Part shown: positions 47,501 to 60,000 of the stretch, in pieces
Layout: each line of letters opens with the position of its first letter
Numbering within the stretch: position 1 is the stretch's first letter
IMG/VR virus record: IMGVR_UViG_3300032213_000610
Location: 1-64,000 of that record
DNA: 64,000 nt
Source: a virus
Taxonomy: Duplodnaviria; Heunggongvirae; Uroviricota; Caudoviricetes
Strand: one strand, 5' to 3'
Position numbers and translations under genes: made by a program
The notes under the pieces: generated by a model
Seen by the model: only the letters and a program-made list of their open reading frames with translations
Told to the model about the DNA's origin: nothing
Database searches by the model: none

Positions 47501-48426
47501 TTGGTGCAGGGATTCCTACAGTGACAGCACTTAATGCTCCCACTGCTTTAAATATGTATAATCCTGGTTCTCCTGGTTTCCAACCAACTGGAAGTAGATT
47601 ACAAGCTCCTGCAAAAGGACCAGGTGGTAGAGGTATATTTGGTACTATTGGTGATTTCATAAATGAGAATCTTGAAGACAATGGTTCTACATTAGTTAAT
47701 CAATTACTACCTTATTTAAGACCTACAAATCAGACTCCTTTAGATCCTATACAATTGGCTGGAGAGATGTATGCTTTGGCTAACAATCAGGTGGAACCAG
47801 TGTATGCTCAAACTCTACAACCTAGATTAGGCTCACCAATTGATATATCATTACAGAGTGCACTCAATGCTAATCAGGCAGATTACAATGCTTTGCTTAA
47901 GAATGTAGGATATAACCCTGCTGCTCAGTCTTTGTTAGCTGCTCAGAAGTATGAGGCTAATTCTGAGATTAAAGGAAAAGAAGCTCAAATGAACAAGGAA
48001 GAAAGAGCAAGAGTGTTTAATGAAAACAGACAATTGTTGAATGAATATGACTTTAAGAATGCAGGTATCTTGGATCAACAAATGGTAAGACAATCACAAG
48101 CTAGGTCTAATACTAAAGCTCAAACACAAGAAGCTCTTAACTCTATTGGTAATAAATACCTTCAGAATAAGAGAGAGAATAGAGAGGTGGGCATGAATGA
48201 GAACCTTTACAACTTCAGATATGATAGTAGAGGTAGACTTATTAACATGAATCCTCTAGCTCAATTTGCTATTCCAAACATAGCTAATCAACCACTAGCT
48301 CAACAAACAACAGCAACTGCTAACAAAGACTACATTCCTGTATACGATAAAGATCGCAAGAATATAGTTGAGTATGTTAAGAAGGCAAAGAATGGCAATA
48401 TTGTTAAAGCTATCAAAAATCTATAA
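44587..48426 (+). CDS. giant glycine-zipper virion protein (1279 aa), candidate ejection/pore-forming or tape-measure-like protein
   Basis: Gly-zipper stretch GAGISGQLGGGLGSVIGGGRFSQAGGAGKIGSTLGGIAGSVIPGVGTVIGSAVGGLIGGAIGG. [DE]GG[WY] motifs recur (EDGGWVSNDW, QDGGYIEY, KDGGTGED). Confidence 0.45.
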   Translation: MKDQILKIAKVKSEKEFYKKYPTEEAFMKAHGKAFKKAAMGKTMVAKQLTQLTDFANPPQANVGAYIGGDTYQNAAFKYGDFADEADANVTGNAAPMRVQNVQPPMGGAKQNPYAFNAGTTGMRNIDWENVGADILPQLMQMQGGGIISAQGGVRIPAFASTIPTSTRPTKAPAANMTNIGNMLSNPAFQQGKINQAKGLKMSPSMKPTSLSSKIGSGVINNAGNILQGINMLSDERRQKKMAKQSVAVTDVVGKAAGTRPEISKRRYVTQYDTAIQPGELGNPYGEGTTPLVMQDGGGIGGNPTEIQNTFDPNTIYTNLEYEPLNDRNIKQYNKGGKLKKAQVGAGISGQLGGGLGSVIGGGRFSQAGGAGKIGSTLGGIAGSVIPGVGTVIGSAVGGLIGGAIGGKNARETADLEEQAQNNIMGSALQQGARSIQSNYSGFMQDGGYIEYPQAQAGTIADRSVGQFCGIQRGINKENARMNAEAAKQMKGLERQATRDEKQAAKEAAAALAGQTELTHEFDDTPLDKKVVKQLNAIRDQYLQTNPNVFVADDTSGYTPQQKYALAIKLMDKGSRHTFGQAFQNQFGVPSKGIGSLERVHSELVPKMGGWEGVKNWLFNPIPLKYYNMKEDGGWVSNDWQPQVIASFGEHKMKDLLKPPHDAPMLRAGGHLKEYTAPSERAMETYDMGGELETHWGGYMEPISQNPYLPDGGVTVMPRGQSHSESDGKGNTGIGITFGDNPVEVERGEPMVKLKDGGTGEDNLVVFGNMKIPNYGLEDFDKKAKGKKFKTYAADLTETEAKQNKLINKSTEKLDDLDMLTEFDKLELNSLQANIMGGNMKLKDIADKKQKLGDLQQSIHATAPEFGYEDVDKFNKDVMKGKVKAKKGKVNSDMPEAQYGFNINKIVPQVNVPGKTPLPDPNASYPANSAVQKLIKSIVPQQPVANFPLRPGFMYNPPAYLYQNVPAVNYNVGAGIPTVTALNAPTALNMYNPGSPGFQPTGSRLQAPAKGPGGRGIFGTIGDFINENLEDNGSTLVNQLLPYLRPTNQTPLDPIQLAGEMYALANNQVEPVYAQTLQPRLGSPIDISLQSALNANQADYNALLKNVGYNPAAQSLLAAQKYEANSEIKGKEAQMNKEERARVFNENRQLLNEYDFKNAGILDQQMVRQSQARSNTKAQTQEALNSIGNKYLQNKRENREVGMNENLYNFRYDSRGRLINMNPLAQFAIPNIANQPLAQQTTATANKDYIPVYDKDRKNIVEYVKKAKNGNIVKAIKNL

Positions 48427-48512
48427 CCAATTTAATTATACCAGATTAACAAAAATCATTAGAACTCTTGGTATATATAATAATTTAAATTACATTTGCT
48501 AATCATATTATC

Positions 48513-51086
48513 ATGGCATCATTTACCGACCAAATATCAAAATTTAATCCTTACGTAGAACAGCTTCCCGTTGAAACGATGAAGCAGGTGGGTCTGTATA
48601 AACAGCAGAAGTATGATGAGGGTGTTGAGAAAATCCAGGGATATATAGATACTATTGCTGGACTTGACGTTATGCATGACTCAGATAAGGAATATTTGCA
48701 ATCTAAGCTTAATGCTTTGGGTAACAACCTTAAAGGTGTTGCTGCTGGAGACTTCTCTAACCAACAACTTGTTACTTCTGTAGGAGGTATGGCTACACAA
48801 ATTAGTAAAGATTATAATGTTCAGAATGCTGTATCTTCCACCAGTTGGTATAGAAAACAAACTGAAGCTATTGAGGCAGCTAGAAAGGAAGGTAAAACTG
48901 CAGCATCTAATATTGATGATTGGGAAGAACAAGTGAAAGGATGGCTTGGTAAGAAAGAAGCTGGACAAGTGTTCAGAGGACAATATAGTCCTTACAGAGA
49001 TGTAAACAAAAAGATATTTGAAGCAATCAAACTTGTACACTCTGATGCTCAAAGTCTTGATACAGCCTATGGTCTTGATAAAGATGGTAAGGTGGACATG
49101 AATAATGTACTAGCTGCATTAAAAAGACAGGGGATTGAAACTGTAGATGAAGGAAAACTTCGTACAGCTATTGGTGCTGCATTAGATTCAGAAGATTACC
49201 ATCAGTTATACATTGATGGTAAATACCAATTAAAATCTACCACTCCTGAACAGCTTATGAACTATGCTACTAAGGATTATCAAAGATCAAAAGATTACGC
49301 TAAGGCACAAATTGAAAGAATCAATAAAGACCTATTAACTGCATCTACAGCAACTGGTCAAGCTAGACTATTAGAAAGTAGAAAACATTTTGAAGAAGTG
49401 TTAGGTGATCCAGCTAAGGGTATAAAAGGAACATTAGATCAAAACTTTGAAGCTACATTGCAGTCTATTAAAGATAATCCTAATGCTGCTAGAGGTAAGA
49501 TATATACAAAGAATTATATAGATCAGTTTGCTAATGGGTATGCTTGGGCTAATGTTAAAGATGAATTGCTTAATAATCCAGTTAGAGAAGACTATTGGAA
49601 AGCTAAAAATTATAACCTTGCGGTAATTAGTGAAGATCGTGATTGGGTAAAAGCACGATTTGATATGTCTATTGCTGCACGTACAGCTGATAGAGAAGAT
49701 AGAAAAGAGGCTAGAGAAGAACAAGAAAGACTTGGCAGTTCTCCTTTCTTTATAAGAAGTGGTGATCCAACCACTGATACTAATACAGCATATGCAAACT
49801 ACACTGCTAGTAATGCTAAACTAGAAGATCAAAACAATGGTATTCTAAATGATTTAGCAGGCAAGTCTAGCACATTAACAACTAAAGTTTTACCAGCAGA
49901 TATTCTTAAAAATATTAATAATTATCAAGACGGTAAATATAAACCTAAAACAAGGTATGAAGCTCAACAAATGGAGGCTTATATAGATAATCAAAATAAG
50001 CTAGCTAATCAAAAGGCAATCCATGATGAACTTCAAAATCAAGCTACAAAAGAAATTACAGGAACAACGTATGATGGATACTTAAAAGGTATTATAGGAA
50101 ACAGAAGACCTATTACACTTACAGATAAGAATGGACAGAAAGTTACATTTAGTGCAAATGAAGTTTATAATTATCTTTCTAAAGAAAAAGCTACAACAGA
50201 TGTTGCTGGTGATACTCCTGTATCTACAATTAAAATTACAGAACCATTAACCCCTAAAGAAAAATTATTACAGGAGAAACTAAAGAATAGATACTTAGGG
50301 TTACCTGGAGGAGATAAAGTGTTAAATGCTTACATTTCTGATTTTGATAAAGTTAAATCTCAACAGTTTAAAACTGATAAACAAATTGCATTAAAGACTG
50401 CTGAGAAGTTAGCTCCTATAACTGGAGGTTTTGCAACTGAACAAGCTGGTATAGTGTTTGCTAAAGCAGATGATAAAGCTAAACTTGTAACAGATTTAAC
50501 AAATATTGCTCAAGCAGATCTTCAACAAAAAACTGGTGCTCTTGGTTATGTACCTAAAAATTTCATTGCATATCTTACTAAAAAACCTTTAGAAAATGTT
50601 GATTTCCAAACAGTTAGAAAAGGTGATGAATATTTTATAAAAGCTGTAGATAAAACTAATCCAGATGATGTTGAATTAATGCCAGTGACTAAATCTTTTG
50701 TGGCTCAAAATCCACAGCTAGGAAATAAATATCTAAATCAAAATACTGACTTAGCTGATATATTGCTTAGAAACAGTGGATCAACTAATGCATTTAAAGA
50801 TTACAAACACGCTAGCTATCAAAATGGTAAGCTTGGTAATTATGATGTAAATGGAAAGAAGACAGTAAATATACCTGTAGTGGCAGATCTAGAATATATG
50901 GGTGGTCAGTTATATCCTGTTTTCCGTTTTAGAACAAAAGATGGTAACTTTATTAACGTGACATCTTTTGAACCAACAAGTAGAAAAGCTTTTGAAGAAC
51001 AGTATTTACCATCTTTAACAGATGAGAAACTTATGAATTTATTTAAGTCTGCAAATCCTAATGCAGATCAATTAATACAAAGATAA
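48513..51086 (+). CDS. large virion protein (857 aa)
   Basis: Long ORF immediately upstream of the giant gene. Spurious antisense ORFs overlie it. Confidence 0.45.
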   Translation: MASFTDQISKFNPYVEQLPVETMKQVGLYKQQKYDEGVEKIQGYIDTIAGLDVMHDSDKEYLQSKLNALGNNLKGVAAGDFSNQQLVTSVGGMATQISKDYNVQNAVSSTSWYRKQTEAIEAARKEGKTAASNIDDWEEQVKGWLGKKEAGQVFRGQYSPYRDVNKKIFEAIKLVHSDAQSLDTAYGLDKDGKVDMNNVLAALKRQGIETVDEGKLRTAIGAALDSEDYHQLYIDGKYQLKSTTPEQLMNYATKDYQRSKDYAKAQIERINKDLLTASTATGQARLLESRKHFEEVLGDPAKGIKGTLDQNFEATLQSIKDNPNAARGKIYTKNYIDQFANGYAWANVKDELLNNPVREDYWKAKNYNLAVISEDRDWVKARFDMSIAARTADREDRKEAREEQERLGSSPFFIRSGDPTTDTNTAYANYTASNAKLEDQNNGILNDLAGKSSTLTTKVLPADILKNINNYQDGKYKPKTRYEAQQMEAYIDNQNKLANQKAIHDELQNQATKEITGTTYDGYLKGIIGNRRPITLTDKNGQKVTFSANEVYNYLSKEKATTDVAGDTPVSTIKITEPLTPKEKLLQEKLKNRYLGLPGGDKVLNAYISDFDKVKSQQFKTDKQIALKTAEKLAPITGGFATEQAGIVFAKADDKAKLVTDLTNIAQADLQQKTGALGYVPKNFIAYLTKKPLENVDFQTVRKGDEYFIKAVDKTNPDDVELMPVTKSFVAQNPQLGNKYLNQNTDLADILLRNSGSTNAFKDYKHASYQNGKLGNYDVNGKKTVNIPVVADLEYMGGQLYPVFRFRTKDGNFINVTSFEPTSRKAFEEQYLPSLTDEKLMNLFKSANPNADQLIQR

Positions 51087-51088
51087 CA

Positions 51089-54000
51089 ATGCCAGGAACC
51101 GATTTATATTCTACGCAAGATAACGTACTGCCTACCAATAAGATAATGGAAGTTGGATCCCCTAAGGTATCTGGCCCTATGAATCTATTTGTTGAATCTG
51201 GTGAAAGAAGAGCAGACTATCTGCCTCCATTACCTGAACAGATTGCTCCTACAGTTACTACAAAAGAATTGTATGACAATAGGAAGTTTGGATTATACAA
51301 TCCAAATAAGACAGAGGAAGATTATGCTTATGGTCAATCTGCTTTAGATAAAGCTGGTAATGGTATAGCTAAACTTGCTGGTACTACAGCATCAACTATT
51401 GTTAATAACACAGTTGGTCTATTATATGGAATAGGTGCTGCAACGGTTAACCAAAGGTTCTCATCGTTATATGATAATGAGTTCTTTAAAAGAATGGACG
51501 CTGCTTCTGAGGAGATGAGAAATATGTTTCCTCACTATTACACAGAAGCAGAAAAGAAAGATCCTCTTGCATTAAAGTCTGTATTTACAGGTAACTTTTT
51601 ATGGGATAAGATTGTTAGCAATCTAGGATATGCAGCTGGTGCTGCTGTAACTGCTTATGGAGCAACTGCTGCATTAGAAGCATTACAACTATCAAAAGGA
51701 TTGGTAGCTGCTGGTAGAGGATTACAAGCATTAGAAGCTACAGAAGCTGGAATAGCTGAAGGTAGAGGTATGGCTGGTATAGTTCAAGCATTAAAGAATC
51801 CAAGATCTGTTGCAAGTAAACTTGGTCAAGGATTAGAATCATTAGGTACAATAGAAGCAGGGGCACAAGCTTCTAAAGCCACCCAATTACTATCTTCCTA
51901 TTTAGGTATATCTGGAGAAGCTGGTATGGAAGGTTTTCAGAATGCTAAACAGTTCAGAGAAAATGCTATTGCTAAATTTAAGAAAGAGAACGGTGGTCTA
52001 GAACCAACTGGTCAAGACTTACAGAATATTCAAGATGCAGCAACAAGTGTTGGTAACTGGAGTTATGGTTTAAACGTAGCCCTACTTACAGGAACTCAAT
52101 ATGTACAGTTACCAAAGATATTTGGTTCTACATATGCTGGTGAGAAGAAGATATTAAACAATGTTATATTTAAAGATAACTTATGGAAATCTTCTCTTCC
52201 AGAGAAAGGTTTTGGTAAGTTCTTATATAAGACTGGTAAGGTGGGGTCTTTATTCTTTAATACAGCAGAAGGTTTTGAAGAAGGTGCACAATTTGCTATT
52301 GGAGAAGGAACACAAAACTTCTTTAATAAGAAATATAGAAGTGGTGACCAAACAAGCTTCTGGAACTCTCTTGGTGGTTTATTAATGCCAGGTGGAGAAG
52401 GTGTATTAGGTTATGGTACAGGTCAAGCATTAACAACTGACGAAGGATTAGAAAACATATTAATAGGTGGTTTGTCTGGAGCATTAATGACTTCAGGTGT
52501 TGTAGGTACCAAAAGAACAGAATCTGGTGCTACAGTTCCTACCATGTTCCAAACTGGTAAGATTGGAGAAAGAGGTTTCACTGGATATGGTGGAGAAAGA
52601 GGTAGATTTACAGAGGAAGCTACAAAAGCATTAAACTCAGCGAAGGTTACAGACTTAATTGATTCTGTAAACAGAGCAATGACCATCAATGAAGATAGAG
52701 AGAAAACATTAAGACAAGGTGATATTCTACAGAGTAAAGATCTTGAAACTGATTACATGTTAAACTATCTTCTACCAAGAATTAAGTATGGTGGAGAAAC
52801 TATATTTGAAACAGAACTAGATGCCATTAGACAAAAGGCAGCAACAGATGCTGGTTTTGGGGAACTTAAGTCTGCAGGTACAGCAAATGAAAATGACACT
52901 CAAGAAGCATTCATAGCTAGAGCAAATAACATTCAAGCTATGGCTAAGACTGTAACTGAGAACTATGATAAGTTCAAGACCAAGTATGCTGGCTTAGCTA
53001 AGACTAAAGAAGATGGTACTCCTGAGCTAGATGCAGATGGTAACTTACAAAGGAAGTATGACGATGCTACAGTGGACAAGATGGTATACACTGCATCTAA
53101 GATATTTGACTATAACACTAGAATCCCTGCACTAACTACTAAACTATCTACTAGTAATGTAGATGTAACCACTATATTAGGTGAGATTAATTTCACTGGT
53201 AAACCAACTGTAGAATCAGTTGAAGAAGCATTGAAGACAATCAATGATTTAAATGAAACTGATTCTAATAAGACTGAATTAAAAACTTCTCTACAGGATG
53301 TTATTGAATTAGCATTACGTAGAAACAAGTTTATTGATGAGTTCAATAACATTGAAAAGAATCCAGAGAAGTATAAAGAGGGTGTTGATGAAACTATCAC
53401 TAAAGGTGATACGGTTAAGATTAAGCAGTTTGATACTGGCGATAAAGGAAAGATTGTAAGTAAAGAGATTGAGATAGGTAAAGAGTATTCTTTAGCTAAT
53501 CCTCTAGCTAACGTAGGTGGTAAGTTACAATTTGCTCCTAAGTTAACTGTCCTTTCTAAGACATTGAGAGGTGAGTTTGAAGTGAGACTTCCTAATGGTG
53601 AGAGAGCTTTCTTATCTCCTTCAGACTTCAAGAACTACCAATTGTTTGGTGCTTCAGAAGATACCAGTACACTAGAAGATATATTAGACAAGGCTATTAA
53701 TAAGGTGTTGTCTAAGAGTAAATATAATGATGTAGTTAAACCTACAGAAAATAAATTAGAATATATTAACTCATTGAATAACAGTGAGTTAGTAGATGAG
53801 ATTGAAAACGAATTTAGAGCTCAGTCTGAAGAATACTTAAATGAAAGTGCTAAGGAACAAGAAGCTATTGAATCTGCAAACCTTGAAAAAGAGTTAGTAG
53901 AAACTCAAGATGTAGATAATGTTCCAACAGCAGACTTTGATTCTGGTTCATTTGATCCTAGTCCTAAAAAGACAGATCAACAAGTAGTTGATAGTACTAG

Positions 54001-57000
54001 TGCTCCTGTAGAAGGTTTCTCTCAAGATGTACTAGCTCCTCATCATATACGTGCTAATAAGTTTGGTGCTAACTTCTATGATCTTCCTGGGAAAGATAAC
54101 TTCCGTGGTGTTATTGTAACATCAACTAATGAAGCTAAGATTGGCTTACCTGGATTAACACAATGGTTAAAGACTCAGGGAACTAATGCTGCTAGTATCA
54201 AACCAGAAGAAACTATTGCTTTAGTTATAATGGGAACTGATCCTATTACTAATGAAAGATTCTTTGTAGGTGTTAATGGTGAAAGACTAGAAAACCCTAC
54301 ATTAGAAAACACTATATATCAAGTGTTCCCTAAGACTCTTACACAGTCAAATGGTGACTCTATGTTTAGAGTTGATAATGATACAACAGAACAATACACT
54401 AAAGAATATAAAGCTTGGAGAGAAAGCACATTAAAGAATCCTTCAATTGACTTATATAAAATAGGAGCATCGTTTGGTGTTCCTGATAGAATTCCTTCAG
54501 CTTCTATACCTGTAGTTAGTTCTGGTTTAATATCAGCTGATGATTTAAATACTAGAAAAGTTATTGGTATTCCTACAACTGATGGTGCTGTTGTATATGG
54601 TTCTTCTACATTTGAAGGTGCTAAGGGTGTTCCTTTATTATATACATCTAATGGATTAATTAGACTTAATAATAGAAAGAATACTAAAAAAGAAGCTGAG
54701 CTTATATTTGATGTTATTGAGAGATTGGCAAGCAATCTTATTAAAGATAAAAACCTTAAGTCTGGTGAGTCTCAAGCATTATACAATTGGTTAAAATCAG
54801 TTGTATACTGGGGAACTCCTCAAGATGCTAATGGTAATAGAAAGCCTGCAGCTTATAGTAGCATATTCTTTGAGAACATGCAACTATTAATTGGTAAGGA
54901 AGAAACTAAGTTTTCTATCAAGCCTTCTGACCTCAAGCAAAACAGAGAAGCTATCGTTGATAAGTTACAGGAAATGTACAACAACGTTAACTCTACACTT
55001 ATTACTGGTGGTCAAACAAAGCAATGGAATAAGCCATACACTGAAATTACAGGTATTGAGGGAGATAACATATTAACAAGAGATTGGAAGAACTATCAAA
55101 CCTACTTGCTATCTAGTGAGTCACTTCCTCTTTCAACAAGTGTTAGACCTCTTAACAATGAAGAAGATGTTAATAGAAAGGGTATCTACTTCACTGTATA
55201 TGATAAGAAGGGTAATACATCTAATGAGGTTCCTGCTGCAAAACCAGTTAAGAAGGAAACAGCTCCTGCAGCTCCTACAGCTACAGCTGCCCCAAAAGGA
55301 TATGTTATAGATGGAAAAACAGAAAATACTATTTCAGTTCCTAAACTGGGAGATGTATCTTTTATTGTTGACCCTAAAGCATTTGAAGAGTCTAATGGTA
55401 CAAAGGGTGTTGCATTAAGCGTTCCTGAAGTAACATTAGAAATCACAATAGGTAAGTTATTAAGTGTTCCTAACTCTGGCATTACAGAGGAAACCTCTGA
55501 TGAAGAAGCAACAAAGATTGCTGAGAACGTATTAAGGAACATTATTATTAAAGAGATTAAAGCTCAATTAGCTCCTGCTGCTCCAGTTGTTCAACCAACT
55601 GCTGCCCCTGTTTCTACAGATGGTGCTAAAGCTACATTTGATAGTGCCATAGATCAAATCAATAAATCTTTAGGTAATAAAATAGGAACAGGGATATATG
55701 AAAATTCTCCAAGAATCATTTTTGAATTTGATGGTAAAGAACCATCATCTCCTAGTTTCTTGACAGAACCTATAACTAAAGAAGGAACCCTTTACAGAGT
55801 TAAAACTTCTAGATATAATGTTTTAATAGATGACACATTTAATATTAAACAAGTAGTAAGTGATAAAGGGAAAGTGTATACTGTTAAAGAGGATGAACTA
55901 TCTACAGTTGATATACAATCTCCACTATTTGATCAACCAAAAACAACAACTGTTTCTACAGAGTCTGTAGATAAGAAAGCTGATATAGAAAAGAGAAGAC
56001 AAGAAGAGTTAGAACCTATTGGTGATAAAAAGTTTTTAGATTCTAAAACTGAAGTATCAAGAATAACTTATAATGTAGAGAACGCTACCACTGATACTAG
56101 TGCTAGTGGTAATATAAAAGTAACTGTTATTACTTATAAAGATGGTAGTAAAAGAACAATAACTACTGTTGAAGATGGTTCTAAAACTCCATTAAGTGAT
56201 ACGTATGATGGTTCATTATCAGATGAAAAAATTGTACAAACTGCTTCTGGTAATGGAACCATTGTTGGAAATGGAGTAAAAGAAGATACAGTAAAATCTG
56301 CTCAAGAGAATAAAATAGATAAAATCAATGCTAAGTATGATGCAGAGTTAGCTGCTTTAGAAGGACAACCTGCAGTTGCTGTACCTGCTTTAATATCTCC
56401 TGTTATACAGTCTAGTTTAGATATGCTTTCTAAAGCACAGGAGTTGTTAGATGCCCAATCTAAAAAGTTTGAAAAGTACATACCTGCTGTACAGAAGTAT
56501 TTAGATACTAAAAAACAGCAGCTACAAGATCCAAAGCTTACAGTTGAACAACGTGAAAAAATAGCTAAGACTATTGAGATGGATATGAAGATACCGATTG
56601 TATCTTTAAACAACTTAGTTCTTGAATTTGCTCCAAATGGTCGTCCAGAAAAAATATATATCAACAATCCTGAAACTAAAAAGAATTATTACTTTACTGC
56701 TTTCTTTCAGGAAAATGGAGAAAGAAACTTTGAAAACAATCCAAACTATGCTTTTAATCAAAATGAAAGGTTAGGACAGGGAAGTGATTATAAATATAAT
56801 ATTGTTTCTAAAAACTCTATCATACCTGTAGAAGGTCTTAATCTGAGAGAAGCTGAAACCCTAAGACATTTTTTATCTGGAGCTGATTCAGGGGCTACTC
56901 AGTATGCAGCTCATGATACTGATAATCTTGGTCAAGGTCTTTTAATGGGTGTAATTAAACACTACTTTATAGAGAAGGCTGCTGGTAGAATGCAACGTGA

Positions 57001-60000
57001 CTATTGGGATTATCTACAAGATCCTCGTAAAGAGATGCGTGAGCAAATTGAAGCTATGGAAGCCCAACCAGTTGCTGCTCCTGTTGCTCCTACACCAAAT
57101 GTATCTGCTAACTTACAAGCTAAAATTAATGCTAGAAAGAAAGCTGGTCCAACTAAGAGAGGTAGTGAATATAGACTTAAAGTTGAAGATCAATTAAAGA
57201 AGTTCCAATCAGAAAACTGGAGTAAGGTTGAGAAGTTTTTAGCTAAAGCTTTACCAAACGTTCCTGTATATAGAGTGAAGAATCTTATTCAAGCTACTAA
57301 TGGCAAACAAGCTTGGGGTATGCTTAAGGATGGTGCAATCTATCTATATGAGAATGCTGAGGTGGGTACAGTGTATCACGAGGTGTTTGAGTCTGTATGG
57401 AAAATGTTTACAACAGCAGAAGAAAAAGCTTCTATAATCAATGAGTTCAAAGGTAGAAAAGGAAGCTATACAGATGTATTCACAGGTAGAGATATCAAAT
57501 ACTCTGAGGCTACAGATCAAGATATTAAAGAGAAACTTGCTGAAGAGTTCAGAGATCAAATGTTATCTAAAGAAGCTAAGAAAGATAAGTCATTGATTTC
57601 CAGAATATTCTCACAAATCATAGACTTCATCAATAAATTCTTTATTGGAGATGGTGCACAAGAGAATACAGATAAGCTATTCGAGAACATTGGTTCTGGC
57701 TATTATGCACAATACTCTCCATTACATGGAGCCCTATCTTATGCTAAACAAGGAATCATAGATATTGAGGATGCTGTAGGTAACGATGATGCTGAATATA
57801 GAATCACTGGATTCACAGGTACTCAGTTACATGATGTCATCCAACACATGACCTATACAGTGGTTAAGGATTTGTTTGAAACAAACGAAGGTTTGTTTAA
57901 CATCCCTAATCTAAACAAGACTCAAGTCTACTCAAGACTCCAAGATGAGATGGGTGATTTGATTGCTGATAATGTTACTGAGCTAGAGAAAATGACAGAT
58001 GTTTCTGATGAAGAAAGAAGTGTTGCTATTGAGGCACAGAATACATTATATGCTAACATCCTAAACAACTGGGAATCTATTGTAAACAAACACGAAGAAT
58101 ACCTTAAATCTTATTCTATTGAGTTTGATGAGAACGATGAGTTGTCTTTAGGAGATGAAAAAAGCAAAGATGATCCTTATGGTGATCCTTCTAAGATAGA
58201 CCACATGAAGAAGGCTAATGCTGCTATTAAATTATTGTTAGCTAGTCTTCCTGCTGTATACAACGATGGTTCAGAAAGATTATCATCTATTGGTGGCTAT
58301 ACATTAGTACCAATGAGTGAAGCTTACATAGGAGTGATGAACAACGTAAGTAGTTCAAAGACTATTGATGACATGGTTAGTAAGCTAAAACAAATGTCTG
58401 ATAATGATCCTAAGTATACAAAGCTTTACAATCGTTTAACTAAGTTAAAGGAAATCAGTCAGTTAGATAATCAGAATGACATTAAGTTATTATCTGCATT
58501 CTGGAGAACATTCAAGAAGCAATCTCCTACAGTTAAGAACGTATATGTTCTAGAGAATGGTGATGTGCAGGTGGGTGATTCTAACTTTACAGCTGCTGCT
58601 AGACAAGTGGAAGAAGGATTTGCTAATAACATTATTAATGCTGTTAACAACGGAAACAAATATATTACATATTCAGCCACTAGTAACTCATACATAGGTA
58701 ATGAAGATTCTATTAAGGACGCAAAGCTTGATAGTTTACTAGCTCAAGTGAACTTCTTAAAAGAGTTTGGTATTGAGTTTGACTATGATAGACTAGTTAA
58801 AATGCGTGAGAAGACTACATTCTCAGAAGCAGTTAATGGTATTAGAACAAGTATTGCTGGTGGTAAACGTTTAATGACTGTAAGTGGTAGAACTCTTGAC
58901 ATCAACAAACGTCTATATCAACTATCTGAGATTAAGGCTATTATGGATAACCCAGAGTTCAGCAGTACATTCTATAATGTTAATGGTGAACTTACACAAA
59001 CATTTATTGGTACAAACGCAGCTAGTGATCTATTTGATGTCCTATCACAGATTAATAATATCAATGAGTTACAGGGTACACAATACGAATATTTATTAAC
59101 GGATACATTTGCTAAGAATTCAAACATGCTTTATAGAATGTTTGATCGTACAAGTGGTAATCGTATTGCAGATACAGAAGACTTAATGCAAACAGCTTAT
59201 GCTGATGGTACTGTTGATGAAGATAGTGGTAAGCAAAAGCAGTCTTCTAAATTAAACTATAAAGAAAGATTATTACAAGAACTTAACCTTAACCTTTCTG
59301 GTTACTACTTAAACCTAATCCCTGGAGATGCAACTCTTGAGTGGATGATGAATATGGGTAATCCTATTTCTAAAGATGACATTCTCCTTAATCTCAATCG
59401 TGTATATGATATATTCAAAGGATATTTCATAGATGAGATGAACCTAGCTAGAGAAAATCGTAATGTAGCAAAAGATAGAGATGCTTTAGAGTTACGTTTC
59501 TTCAAATCTATTCTTGGTGAGAAGTTGCATAACAATATAATGGCTGAGGAAGGTGAGGTGTTTACAGCAGAAGAGATTTACAATGATAACAAAAAAGCTA
59601 TCGATGATGCTGTTGCTAAATACATCACACTTCAAAAGGACAGATTAGCAACCTCTCTAGAAGATTATGGTATTATGTCTGAAGTGGGTAATGGTTATAT
59701 GGTGGAAGGTTTATCTTTTGCTAAAGAAGATGTAGTTCCATTTGATGAAATGGACAGACAGTTAAAAGTGTTATCTATCAATTACATGATTAATAACATT
59801 GAACTTCATAAGATATTATACTCAGATCCTTACCAATACTCAGATGAGCTTAAACGTATTAAAAGCTTTAACTCACCTAGACAATCTATTGTAAGTGGAT
59901 CTGATTCATTTAATAGTGCTGCAAATAAGATTTGGAATAAGGGTGTGGCTGAAGATAGTATTGGATACACAGACTTCAACAAAGACTTCTTTAGATCTGT

